Below are positions 23,436 to 34,915 of a stretch of DNA of 64,000 bases, piece by piece. The notes under the pieces are model-generated. The model did no database searches. It worked only from the letters and a program-made list of their open reading frames with translations, and was not told the origin of the DNA. This DNA comes from Ascoidea asiatica JCM 7603 (Eukaryota; Fungi; Ascomycota), in NCBI GenBank assembly GCA_001600695.1, contig BCKQ01000008.1, forward strand, positions 70,453 through 134,452, written 5' to 3'. The position numbers and the translations under genes are program-made. Within the stretch, counting starts at the first letter, position 1; each line of letters begins with the position of its first letter.

Positions 23436-24481
23436 ATTATTTACTTATATGAATGAGTATTAATGTAATGAAAAGTGGTTGGTTGATTTTAGATAAAAAG
23501 AGAAGAAGAAGAAGAAAAAAAAAAAAAAAAAAGGTATTTTAAAGATACATAGTTTATTCAAATAATATAATTAATGAAAGAATTTATCTGTTTTAATAAA
23601 CTAGAGTTTATTGAATCAAATTTTCAAAATAGGTTCAATATTAATAAATATTTGAATTGAATAAAATCTGCTTATTTACGAAGAGTGAAAGTTTGGTAAC
23701 GAGAATAAGGTTTGCCTGGTCAGTCCGGAACGCTGGTAGCGGCAGGTACTAAAGAAAGCATGCATCGGTATACGGCTCACCCCTTGCACGCACTGCACGC
23801 CGCAACTTTTCACAACCACAAAACCTGTTAAGGCAGTACTTTTTAAGTACTGCGCTGATGATATTAATTACACAAAACACCTTTGTAAATAGATTATTGG
23901 ACTGGTTGTGTGGCATGTTTTGGGTGATTCCGATTGCCCAACTAGACCTTTTTGTGGGTTGTGCGTTTCGCAGGCTCCAAAACAGCATTTGCACAAAAAG
24001 AACTAAAACAAAAAGAAGAAAAAGAACTGGAAATCTGACAATTTTTACAGCAAAGAATTGAAGAAAGAAGACTGAAGAAGGAAGAGCTGAAGAAGGAGAG
24101 CTGTTTTGAATGGCCTTTGTGATTGTTTGTAGAGAGTTGTTTTGTTTGAAATAAAAAAGGTGAAAAGAAATGTAAGAGATCAAAAGAAATAGAAGTTGTA
24201 AGCAAGTACTATATGAATTACATTATTTGAGGCTGAAAAGTTAGTTTGCTTTTTAATTTACGTTCGTTACTTATTTCAAAGCTTTAAGAATTTTATCATT
24301 ATCTCATCCAAAGCTTTTGATATGGAATAATGTATAATGTATAATGTATAATGTATACAGTATAATGTATACAGTAATATTTTGATACAAATAGATAAGA
24401 AATATATGGTAAAGTACTTTATATTGAATATTGAATATGGAATATGGAATATTGAGGGAAGAAGAAAAAGAATATATAATT

Positions 24482-25423
24482 TTAAGAAGATAATGAATTT
24501 GAGATTAAATCAATACAATGATCTAAAATTTTATATAAATCAGTTGAATCTTCATTATCTGAATTAGAAATCTCTTTTAATTTCAATTTTAATTTATAAT
24601 CTTTATAATCAATTAAATTTATATTTAAATCATTATTAAATTCACCATTTTCAACATCTTTATTTTTAAATAAATTTTTATGATAATTAACATATGTTGG
24701 ATAAACATAATTATTAAAATAATTTGGTGGATCAAGCCAAATTTGATTAACTGAAGAATCTGTTGTTAAATATCCATTTCTATTTTCTCTTCTTTTTTTT
24801 AAAATTTTAAAAGGTACTCTAATAAATATTTTTAAATTTATTAAATTAATTAAATTTATATTATGATATAATAAAAATCCATCAATTAAAAGAAATTTTA
24901 AATTATAAGATTTATTTATTAATAATAATAATGTTAATAATTTTTTAAATTTTTTTATTAAATTATTTAATTCATTATCATTAATTTTATTAATTTTTTC
25001 ACCTTTTAAATTTTTTTGATTTTTAAATTCAATTAAATTAAAATTTTTTTCTCTTGATTTTAAATTTAATTTATTTAAATTATTTGAAATTTTATTATTT
25101 AATTTAATAAAATTTAATTCATTTAAAAATTCTTTAAAATATAATGCATTTTCTGAATCCCAATCTTCATTAATTATTAAATGATCAGGTTTATAAAAAT
25201 CATCTTCATAAATTATTGAACTAATTTCATTATCATTTAATTCATTTATTTCATTTAATTCATTATATGCTTTATTTATAATGAAATTTAATAATTTTGT
25301 TATTGTTGTTTTACCAGAACTTGAAGGTCCACTAATTCCAATAAAGAAATAAGATGAATTCTCTTGAAAATTATTTAAATTATTCAAATGATTATTTTCT
25401 TTCAAAACTTGACCTCTTGTCAT
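24482..25423 (-). CDS. NRK1: Nicotinamide riboside kinase
   Basis: P-loop IGISGPSSSGKTT, EDDFYK, DWD, IDGFLLY, RRENRNGY, WLDPPNYF. Confidence 0.92.
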   Translation of the reverse strand: MTRGQVLKENNHLNNLNNFQENSSYFFIGISGPSSSGKTTITKLLNFIINKAYNELNEINELNDNEISSIIYEDDFYKPDHLIINEDWDSENALYFKEFLNELNFIKLNNKISNNLNKLNLKSREKNFNLIEFKNQKNLKGEKINKINDNELNNLIKKFKKLLTLLLLINKSYNLKFLLIDGFLLYHNINLINLINLKIFIRVPFKILKKRRENRNGYLTTDSSVNQIWLDPPNYFNNYVYPTYVNYHKNLFKNKDVENGEFNNDLNINLIDYKDYKLKLKLKEISNSDNEDSTDLYKILDHCIDLISNSLSS

Positions 25424-25639
25424 CTTTATTAATTGTAAAACTAAATTATTTCCATGGATATTCTTGATCTAATAAATATTTCCTTTCCTTTCCTTTCTTT
25501 TCTTTTACTTCCTTTTCTTTTCTTATCTTTTCTTATCTTTTCTTATCTGATTTCAATTTCATTTCAATTTCAATTTCAATTTCAATTTCATTTTTATCTT
25601 TGAACAGAAAATAAAATAAAAATATCAGCCAATAAAAAC

Positions 25640-25800
25640 AAGCCCCGCAAATCTGGTCTCATCTCCTAAAGTATTACGTAATCAATCAACTTCCGACCGT
25701 TCAATCCGGGAAATGCACGTGAAAACACCCCGGAACTCCTTTTTTTTTTTTATTTTTTTTTTGAAAAGTTTAATTCAAATTTTTTTATTGCACAAATTCA
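25640..25800 (+). promoter_or_regulatory. RRP1/NRK1 divergent promoter with PAC-like, bZIP and E-box sites
   Basis: CTCATC 25658-25663 (PAC core), TTACGTAA 25674-25681, CACGTG near 25716, then a poly-T tract and RRPE-like TGAAAAGTTT/AAATTTTTT. Confidence 0.45.
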
Positions 25801-25924
25801 ACATTTGTTTAAAAAGAAGAAGAAGAAGAAGAAGAAGAAGAGAAAAGAGAAAAGAGAAAAGTTATTGAAGAGAGTGTTAGTTACAAAGACAAGAAGAAGG
25901 AAAGGAAGATTATAAGATATCAAG

Positions 25925-26782
25925 ATGTCATCAAACTTATTTGTGAAGAAGTTGGCTGCTAATGATAGACCAACAAGAGATGCTGCTTTAAAAACTCTAA
26001 AAAGTTATCTTGAAAAAACAAAGAATAGAAAGTTGAATAATAATAATAATAATAGCAATAAAGGTGGTTTATCAGAAATTAAATATCAACAATTATGGAA
26101 AGGTTTATTCTATTCAATGTGGTTTTGTGATAAACCAAGACCACAACAAAATTTAAGTAAAAATTTAAGTTTATTATTTTTTGAAAATATATCAATATTT
26201 GAATTTAAAAAATTTTATAAATCATTTTGGAAAATTATAATTTTAGAATGGATTAAAATTGATCAACATAGAATTAATAAATTTTTAATGTTAATAAGAA
26301 ATGTTATTAATCAATGTTTTAAAAGAATAATATTTGAAAAATTTAATCATAAATTAATTAAAGATTTTAATTATGTTATGTTTTATAATAATAATAATAA
26401 TGATAATGATGATAATGATGATTATATTGGACCATTATCAGGAAATCAAAAAATATTATCAAGTATACCATTTCATTTAATTGATATATATATTGAAGAA
26501 TTTGAAAAAATTATTTTTGAAGATTTAGATATTTTAGAAGATGAAAATGATTCAATTGAAGAAATTAATAAAAAAAATGAGATAAAATTAAATAAAATTA
26601 AAATTAATGAAAATTATATTAATGAAATTTTAATAATACCATTTAAAAATTTAATTAAAACAAGTAAATATAAACCATTAAGAATTAAAATTAATGAAGA
26701 AATTTTACAAAATGAAACTTTAATTCAATGGAATTTATTAGAACCTCCAACAGATAATGAATCAAGTGATAATGAAGATTAA
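25925..26782 (+). CDS. RRP1: Ribosomal RNA processing protein 1 (Nop52 family)
   Basis: FVKKLAANDRPTRD, LWKGLFYSMWFCDKPRPQQ, EWIKIDQHRINKFLMLIR. Confidence 0.95.
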   Translation: MSSNLFVKKLAANDRPTRDAALKTLKSYLEKTKNRKLNNNNNNSNKGGLSEIKYQQLWKGLFYSMWFCDKPRPQQNLSKNLSLLFFENISIFEFKKFYKSFWKIIILEWIKIDQHRINKFLMLIRNVINQCFKRIIFEKFNHKLIKDFNYVMFYNNNNNDNDDNDDYIGPLSGNQKILSSIPFHLIDIYIEEFEKIIFEDLDILEDENDSIEEINKKNEIKLNKIKINENYINEILIIPFKNLIKTSKYKPLRIKINEEILQNETLIQWNLLEPPTDNESSDNED

Positions 26783-26961
26783 ATAATATTAATTAATATT
26801 TAATATATATTTAATATACAGAATATCAAATATTTAGAAAATAAACAGTAATCAATAAACAGTAATCAATAAACAGTAAACAGTAAAAATTTATTAAAAA
26901 GTAAAGCTAATATAAAAAAGTAGATAATATAAAAAAGTAAATAAGTAAATAAAGAAGTAGT

Positions 26962-27297
26962 TTATTTTGTAAATTTTAAAACCAAAGGAACTATAATAAT
27001 TATTAATAAAACTAAAATTCCAATAATTAACCAAATTTTAAATTTTAAATTTTTTTTCCAAAAAAATTTTCTTTTATCTTTTGATTTTTTTAAAAATTGA
27101 TTTGAAGTTTCATTTAATTGATTTGAATTATAATCAATATTATTTATAATTTCACTATTATCTTTAATTTTTTGATTTGATTCTTTTAAAATATTTATTG
27201 TTTCATTTAATTCATTTTGAATTTGATTTGTTTTATTTTTTATTGGTTCTGGTTTTTTTGGTAATAAAGTTTGATTTAATTCTATATCATTTGACAT
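26962..27297 (-). CDS. Divergent synaptobrevin/Snc-like v-SNARE (zero layer Asn47)
   Basis: SNARE heptad region, F and W at +21/+33 from the zero layer as in Snc1, WKKNLKFK juxtamembrane segment, C-terminal TM ending IIIIVPLV. Confidence 0.85.
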   Translation of the reverse strand: MSNDIELNQTLLPKKPEPIKNKTNQIQNELNETINILKESNQKIKDNSEIINNIDYNSNQLNETSNQFLKKSKDKRKFFWKKNLKFKIWLIIGILVLLIIIIVPLVLKFTK

Positions 27298-27509
27298 TTT
27301 GATAAATATTTGAAAGATTTATAATAAATTGGATTAGAATATAAAATATAAAATACAATATAAAATGAAACTAAAATATAAAGTGAAATAAAACTGATAA
27401 ATAAAGGTCTAAAGTTTGAGAGAGATTTGCAGCCTTTACAACGGTAAAATAATTTAATAATATATGAATGCTTATGTAAGTAAGTAAGTAAGTAAGTAAT
27501 TTATAAAAA

Positions 27510-27806
27510 TTAAGTGAATTTTAAAACTATTGGAACTATGATAATAATTAATAAAATTAATATTAAAATAAATATCCATATTTTTAATTTTAAATTTTTT
27601 TTCCAAAAATGATTTTTAACTATTATTGTTCTTTTTTTAAAAGTTTCTGAAGTTTCATTAAGTTGTTCAGCTTTTGAATTTAAATTATTTGAAATTTCAT
27701 TATTTTCTTCCATTTTTACTTTATTTTTAATTAATTGTTCCATTGTTGCATCAAGTGTATTTTGGATTTCTCCAATTTTATTTGATTGTGAATTATTACC
27801 AGACAT
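27510..27806 (-). CDS. Divergent synaptobrevin/Snc-like v-SNARE (zero layer Asn35), tandem paralogue
   Basis: IQNTLDAT...KAEQLNETSETFKK...WKKNLKLK plus TM ending IIIIVPIV. Shares QLNETS and WKKNLK with the neighbour. Confidence 0.85.
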   Translation of the reverse strand: MSGNNSQSNKIGEIQNTLDATMEQLIKNKVKMEENNEISNNLNSKAEQLNETSETFKKRTIIVKNHFWKKNLKLKIWIFILILILLIIIIVPIVLKFT

Positions 27807-28634
27807 TTTGTTTATTATTGTTGTTGTTATTGTTGTTGTTATTGTAATTGAATATTGATATTTAAAAAGTAAATCACTTCAGTGAAATCAGTGAAAGTTG
27901 TAGATTTATATAATTTCTATCAAACCAAATAACATTGTCAACCAACATTATTCAATTCAAGTAGTCAACAGTTTATCAAATCAATTACTATATTCAATGG
28001 CTTCCAATTATCAAATCATCTCATCCAATTTCAATATTTCATTTTAATTTATCAGTTTCCTGAAAGAAGGTAATTTCTAACAATAATCAATAATCAATCA
28101 TCACTGTGAACTGATAACAGTAACAGTAACAGTAACAATAACAATAGCTTCAATAACAGTATCAAAAGTATCAAAAATGATGATCGCCTAAGAATAGAAA
28201 AGGCTATGAGATTAGTGGCGCAGGGAAATGTAAAAAAAAAAAAATTAAAAACCAGCCACGACGCGTGAAATTACGTAATAGTTGTATTTTACAAAGCACG
28301 TGTGGTTTGGTGACCATTTAAACGGCTTTCCTTTTTGAATCCACCTTTATGGGTCTTCTTATACACTTTTCCCCTTTCCCTTTTAGGAAATTGATTTAAT
28401 TTAAATATTAATTTTATCATTTATCATTTAATTTAATCATTTAATAAATATTTACAGAGAATTCAAATAGAAAATGTAATTGAATACTCTAATAATGCTA
28501 TAATATAATATAATATGATATGATAAGATATAATAATATAATGCTTCAAGGATTTTCAACTTCTATATTAATTGTTTAACAAAAAGGAATCTCTAAAAAT
28601 GATATAAAAGAAAAAAAAAAAATTAACTGAGTAA

Positions 28635-31600
28635 TTATTCAGTAATTATGGTATCACATTCTTTATCATCAATTTCATTATTAATCACTTCAATCTTTTC
28701 TCCATTACTTTCACTTCCATTATTCTTAATTTCACTCACTTTACCCTTTTTCTCAAATTCGGTTGTTACCCATTCATTTGTAATTTTATCCTTTTTCATT
28801 TCCATTGTACTAAAATAATGATAATCTGTTTTAATTGAAATTGCAAATGGTACATTATCAAATGATATTAATCTAACTTTAACAAATGTTTCATCTGGTA
28901 TATCTTTAATAACTTTAATAAATTCATCTAATGTTGAAGTTTTAATTTCATTAATATGTGTAATAAAATTTGTTGAATGTAATTCATAATGCATTGCTGG
29001 ACTTGATAATGATAAACTTGAAATATAAATATCTGAATGAATTTTTTTCATACTTTGTCTAACTGAATGAAATGGTTTTTGAATTATTGCTCCACACCAA
29101 CTTATAAATTGTTCACTTTCTTTAATTTCAATACTTTTTATATTTAAATTCATTAATTTTTTTTTCCTAATAATTTTTAAATTAATTTCTTCACTTTCAT
29201 TTAAATTTATTAAATTATTTAAATCTCTAAAATTTGAAATAATTTTATTACCATTACCATTACCATTACCACCACTTAAAATTATATCTCCATATTTTAA
29301 ATTATAACAATTAATATATTCTTCTTTTAAAATTCCATTTTCAAAATCTTTAAAAAATTCAAAATTTGGACATGTTATTGATGTTACAAATAAAAAATTA
29401 AATCTATCAATATTCTCAATTTTTTCTAATTCTTTTATTGAATCTTCTGGTACTCCCATAATTCTTGCTTTTGAAATTTGTAATTCAGAAAATTCAGCAT
29501 CAATAATTTTTAATCTTGGTAATTTATTTGAATTTTGTAATAAATTTATAATATTTAATAAATCAAAAATATCTAATCCTGAATAATATAAAATATCTGA
29601 TCCATCTTCATTCATTTCTCCTAAAAATGTTAACCAAAGTCCTTTAATAATACCTTCTTTATTTGTTAAAAATCCACAACCAAATTTTGAACTTAAATTT
29701 GTATCTAATGAAAATGTTGTTAAATTTGTACCTCTATATCTTGGTGATGTTGAATTTTTGTGTATTAATGTTGGAGAAATTTCTGTAATTGTAGTTTCAG
29801 AAATTGAAACTCTATTATTAAAATCATGTCCAATAAAATAAACTTTTTCACCTCTTTTTAATGGTTTATTACTAAATTTTGGTGTTTTTACAGGCGCTAA
29901 AACTAATAATGGATCATATTTTAAAATTGCAATATTAAATATTGGATGTAAAAAAATTACTTTTGCAGGTACAATAATTGAATTTGATATAGTTATATTA
30001 AAATCTCCTAAATCATGTGGTACAAAATATCTTGAAATCATTACATAACCTTTTTCAGAATCAATTATTAATCCAGATCCAAACAGAGATGTATAAAAAA
30101 AAGAATTTAAGACTATTGGAAAATGTGAAGAAATTGAAATTAAAGATCTTGATAATTTTTTAATATTTGGTTCAATTGATGGAAAATCAATAAATTTTGC
30201 ATTTAATGGTTTTAAAGGTAATTTTGGTATTGGTTTTGATAATTTTTTAAAATCCCATAAACCTGTTAAATCATTTCTTATTGCTAATTTAAAATCTTTA
30301 TACCAATGTCTATCAATATAAATTGTTTTAATTTTTGGTGTATGCATATCACTTACATGTTTTAAAATTATTGAAATTCTTGAACAATCTGGAATTTTAG
30401 ACATAATATTAATAAATTCATCTAAATTATTAATTTCATTATTATCAATATTTTCAATTAACCAACCTGTATTTATTGAATTTTCAAAAGATCCAGAAGC
30501 TGAACAAATATAAACACCTTTAATTGGTAATGAAAAATCTTTTGCAATTTGATAAGATAAATTATGAAAAATTGCACCAGAAATTTGAACAAATTTATTT
30601 GGAGTTATTAAATGTAAATCTTGAATTTTAATATTAAATTCTAATAAATTTCCAGATCTTTGAATTTTAAAATTTAATAAATTATTAACATTTGAATCTA
30701 AAATTGAATCAATTTGAATAAATGAATTTATAAAAATATTATTAATTGAAATTAAAATATCACCTTCTTTGATAAAATTAAATGCAGGACCTAAAGGTAA
30801 AATTATATTTGCAACTAATAAACCAATAGAATCTTTAAATAAATTTCTAAATTTTATTTCATAATTTTTTGTTAAACCTAATCTTTTACATTCATCATAT
30901 GGTTTTAATAACCAAATTGTTTGAATTGTACCTCTTGTAATTTTTTTATTTTTTTGAATTAAATTTAAAGCTCTTTTAACTCTATTAATTGGTAAAAAAA
31001 AATCAGTTGAAGCATTTGTTGAACCACCAGCTTGTAAAGCAACAACATCACCATTAATATTTATAACTGGAGAACCAGAAGAACCACCAGAAGCAGAAGC
31101 AGCAGCTTGAATATATTCAGTATTAAAATCATTATAAGTTAAACTACCATAATCAGGAGAATTTCTATTTAATCTTGAAATAAAACCAGATAAAATACTT
31201 AATTTTTCACCATTATCATTACCAACAACTCTAATTTCAGTACCAATTTTAGCTAATTCTGGTTTTAAATTTAATTCAAATAATAAAGAATTATTTTGAT
31301 TATTAATATTATTATTAATATTATTATTAATATTATTAATATTATTATCATTTGAATGTAAATAATGAATATGATTTGGATTAAATTTTAAAAAACCAAA
31401 ATCATGAATTGGATCTCTATAAATTGGAATTACATTAATTTCTTCATGATTATCTAAGATTATATAACCTTTAAAAGGACCAGGAGAAACAACATGTCTA
31501 TTTGTTAAAATTATACCATTTTTATAATCAATTATAAAACCAGTTGCTTGAGAACAAGAATTTATACTTTCAGTATCAAAAGGTAAAATTTGTTGAAATT

Positions 31601-31921
31601 GTATAGAAACAACAGTTTTAATAATTTTTTTTATAGTTTGTTGCCAAATTGGATTTAAATCATTATTATTTAAGTTATTATTATTATTAATGTTATTATT
31701 TAATTTAATTCTTTTATTTATATTTGAATCTATTGAAGTTGTTATTGGTATTGGTATTGGTATTGATTTTTGTGTTTGTATTTGTATTGGTATTGGTATT
31801 GGTAATGGTAATGGAGATGGTAAAGTTATTGGATCTGATTCAGAATCATTAATTAAAGAAATTGGAGTATTTTTAATAGAAAAAGATCTTTTTCTATTTA
31901 AGATTCCATTATTGTTAGTAA

Positions 31922-31960
<39 letters not shown>

Positions 31961-31970
31961 CAGAATCCAT
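28635..31970 (-). CDS. NMA111: HtrA-like serine protease Nma111/Ynm3
   Basis: Catalytic triad motifs LTNRHVV, PIHDFGF and SGGSSGSPV; duplicated protease-PDZ architecture. Confidence 0.96.
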
Positions 31971-32317
31971 TTTATTAAAAATTCTATTATTCTTTCTCTT
32001 TTACATTAGAAGGAATAATTATTATGAATATGAATTCATTCAATTTAATTCAGTTGATTCATTTTTTTTAAAAAAAACAAATACAATTTTAAATAAACAA
32101 ATTAAAGATAAAAAAAAAAAAAAAAAAAAAATAGATTCGGTCATGTGCACGAGTATATTTACCCTCGGGGTTTATTTCAGGGAATATCTACTTCCGAGGT
32201 CTACAATTTTATTTTACTTAAATTGTTATTGTATTATAAAATGGTGGTGGGTGATATGAAAAGATAATAATAATATTATATTATTATTATTGAGGTAAAT
32301 AAATAAAAGATGATGAA

Positions 32318-32524
32318 TTATACAATTAAAGCTCTGATTGGAATATGAATTAATTTTACACCATAACCAACAATACCCATCATTATGAAACCAACACCAA
32401 CAGCTTGTATAATTTGTAAATATTCTTTTTTATTTGGTTTTGTACATTTTTTAATAAAAGAAGAACCTTCTTTAATGAAATCTACTGGAGTTTCAATTAA
32501 TTTTTCAAAACCATCTGAAGCCAT
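32318..32524 (-). CDS. SSS1: Sec61 translocon gamma subunit
   Basis: True ATG at 32524 (MASDGFEKL...). KCTKPNKKEY...GVGFIMMGIVGYGVKLIHIPI. Confidence 0.96.
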   Translation of the reverse strand: MASDGFEKLIETPVDFIKEGSSFIKKCTKPNKKEYLQIIQAVGVGFIMMGIVGYGVKLIHIPIRALIV

Positions 32525-33056
32525 TTTGTGATTGTAATTTTTAATTGTATGAAAGAATGATATTTTATAACTTATTGGATTGTATCTAGTGATAATAAAT
32601 GATAAGTTGTAAGTTGTAAGTTGTAATGGTGACAGTTCGTTGAAATATTTGTTGATGAGGATCAAATTCAAGGAAAGGAACGAAGCTGGTAAAAGTGGTG
32701 AATTTTGACTGTTGCAAGAGAAACAGCGGCAGCTCGCGGCTGAGCTGTCATCTAGAAACCAGAGAGGCACGTGCTAGTGGTGCTCGGCCAGGCCGGAAGT
32801 AGAATAACTACGTAAACAATTACCGTGATAGTACTTTACTCACATGACTGGATACAGGACACTTAAAAGAGAATGGGGGCAGTAACTACACAACACGGGG
32901 ACGAGGCAATACGTCTTGTCCTAGTTCAAACAGTGATAAGTAGAATTGCAATTGAAGCTGGAAATCTATTCATTTATCTACAATTATTTACAGAATACAA
33001 ACACCACCAATGCTACCATCATCTTATAACATCTTCCCCATAGTATTTCACCAGCA

Positions 33057-33371
33057 TTAAGCGTAGGGAAGCAATCTCTTTAGTTTCTTGATGTGATCTC
33101 CATTTCCTTTGCGCATGGCCTCTTTGCTTGAGTCTTTCTTTTGCAAGAGTCTGTGGCTCCAGCCAACGTTGCCATGTTTTCTTCCAGGCTGGCCTCGGAC
33201 GTATCTGTCTGGTTTGCCTCTTTTGATCCATCTTTTCATGGCTCCTTTGTGTGTTTTCATCAATGTTCTGGAGAAACTCAACACATTCACGCTGCTTCTG
33301 GTTCCAAAGCTGTTTGCAGCCCTCCTCCAAACGGGACTCACTGCTCCCATTATTGTAAGTATCGAGTTCAT
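33057..33371 (-). CDS. MRP35: Mitochondrial ribosomal protein bL35m
   Basis: Presequence, then LMKTHKGAMKRW, GRKHGNVGWSHR, LKRLLPY (L35 signature). Near NMA111 as in S. cerevisiae (YNL122C/YNL123W). Confidence 0.9.
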   Translation of the reverse strand: MNSILTIMGAVSPVWRRAANSFGTRSSVNVLSFSRTLMKTHKGAMKRWIKRGKPDRYVRGQPGRKHGNVGWSHRLLQKKDSSKEAMRKGNGDHIKKLKRLLPYA

Positions 33372-33720
33372 TGCAATTCTTGGCCTTGTTGAAGAACTTC
33401 TTGAATATTTTCAATTTCAATTCAATTTCAATTCAATTCAATTTCAATTTCTTTTTTCACCAACCACAAAACCAAAAAAAATCAATGAAATTAAAATAGC
33501 AAGTCATGTGATACTTCGTTACGTAATAAACGTCGAATATTACGTAATCCACGAAACTCGATATAATCATTTCTTATCCAAAAAGGGTAACTCTCCAAAC
33601 TACTGAAAATCCACTGGAATTAGACCTAAATTTATATTGAATCCATTGTCAACAAATATCAATACAATTACAATCATTAATTATAATATAATATTAAAAA
33701 AAATGCATAAATAATTAATC

Positions 33721-33757
<37 letters not shown>

Positions 33758-33825
33758 CATATATCTAATACATTATAAATCCTTTACTTTTTTTTTCACA
33801 TCTCATTTCATATACATTATATATT

Positions 33826-34575
33826 ATGTCAATTGATCCTTATAAATATTGGCATATTTTAAAACTTGATTCTTCAAATTTACCAAAATTATTTAAAAAT
33901 GAAATTATTCAATTAATTTTAAATAATATTGCAATTTATCAATTTAATTATAAAATTAATAATTTTCAAAATGGTAGATTATACTTAACAAATTATAGAA
34001 TTATATTCATTAATAATATTTTAACCGCTGATACAAATACTAATAATAATATATTCATTTATATCAATGATATTGATTATTTAAAAACTTATAATGGCTT
34101 TTTAAATTCTTCTCCAAAATTAATTATATACTTTAATGAGAATATATTCATTAATCAATCTCAATGTAATTATGAAAATATTCAATCTATTAATCCTTCA
34201 ATTAATCAATTAAATACTAATCAATCAAATAATGATTTAAAAATTAATTGGATTTGCTCAATTTGTAAATATTCTAATATAACTTTCATTAATCAATCTT
34301 TTAATATTCAATCAATTATAAATTCACCAAATTGTAAAAATTGTGGTATAAAAATTAAAAAATTAAATTATTTAAATTCAATTAAAAAATCAAATTCAAT
34401 TAATATTAATAAATTAAATAATAATCCTATCGATAAAGATCCAATACCCAATTCAATACCAAATTCAATACCTAATTCAATACCAGATTCAATTGATTGC
34501 TTGAAATGTACTTTTAAAAATCATAAATTAATGAAAGTTTGTGAATTATGTGGTAATCCATTATTAATAAAAAAA

Positions 34576-34617
<42 letters not shown>

Positions 34618-34863
34618 GATAACAATGAAAAGAATAAAATAAATTTCATTTTAGAAAATAATATTAATATAAATTCTTTAATTAATCAATTTAATAAAAA
34701 TTTTATTAAATTAAGTTTTAGAAATTTAATTAATTTTAAAGATTTTAAAAATTTTCAAAATATACTTTTAAATAATTTAAAAAATTTAAATTTAATTAAT
34801 TTAAATTCAAATTTATCTCAACATTTATCAATTAATCAAAATGTTTCTAAAATTTTAATTAAA

Positions 34864-34915
<52 letters not shown>

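Noticed and set aside
31690-32259. Hydrophobic antisense ORFs (also 3110-3394, 4702-4890, 41840-42031, 58388-58678 and similar)
   Set aside because: Shadows of AAT/ACT repeats on the opposite strand of real genes.
32525-32770. N-terminal extension of SSS1 in the ORF track
   Set aside because: GTG start in promoter sequence; homology begins at the ATG at 32524.
32780-32805. SRP RNA helix-8-like CAGGCCGGAAG; snRNA and RNase P/MRP motifs in the GC islands
   Set aside because: No complementary AGCAG arm, and I saw no U1/U2/U4/U5/U6 or P/MRP signature by eye. An Rfam scan would be needed to exclude them fully.
33019-33420. 133-aa minus-strand ORF and the plus-strand ORFs overlapping MRP35
   Set aside because: The L35 signature is in the 33057-33371 frame. 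The other frames stay open only because the segment is GC-rich, and the 133-aa one starts at TTG.
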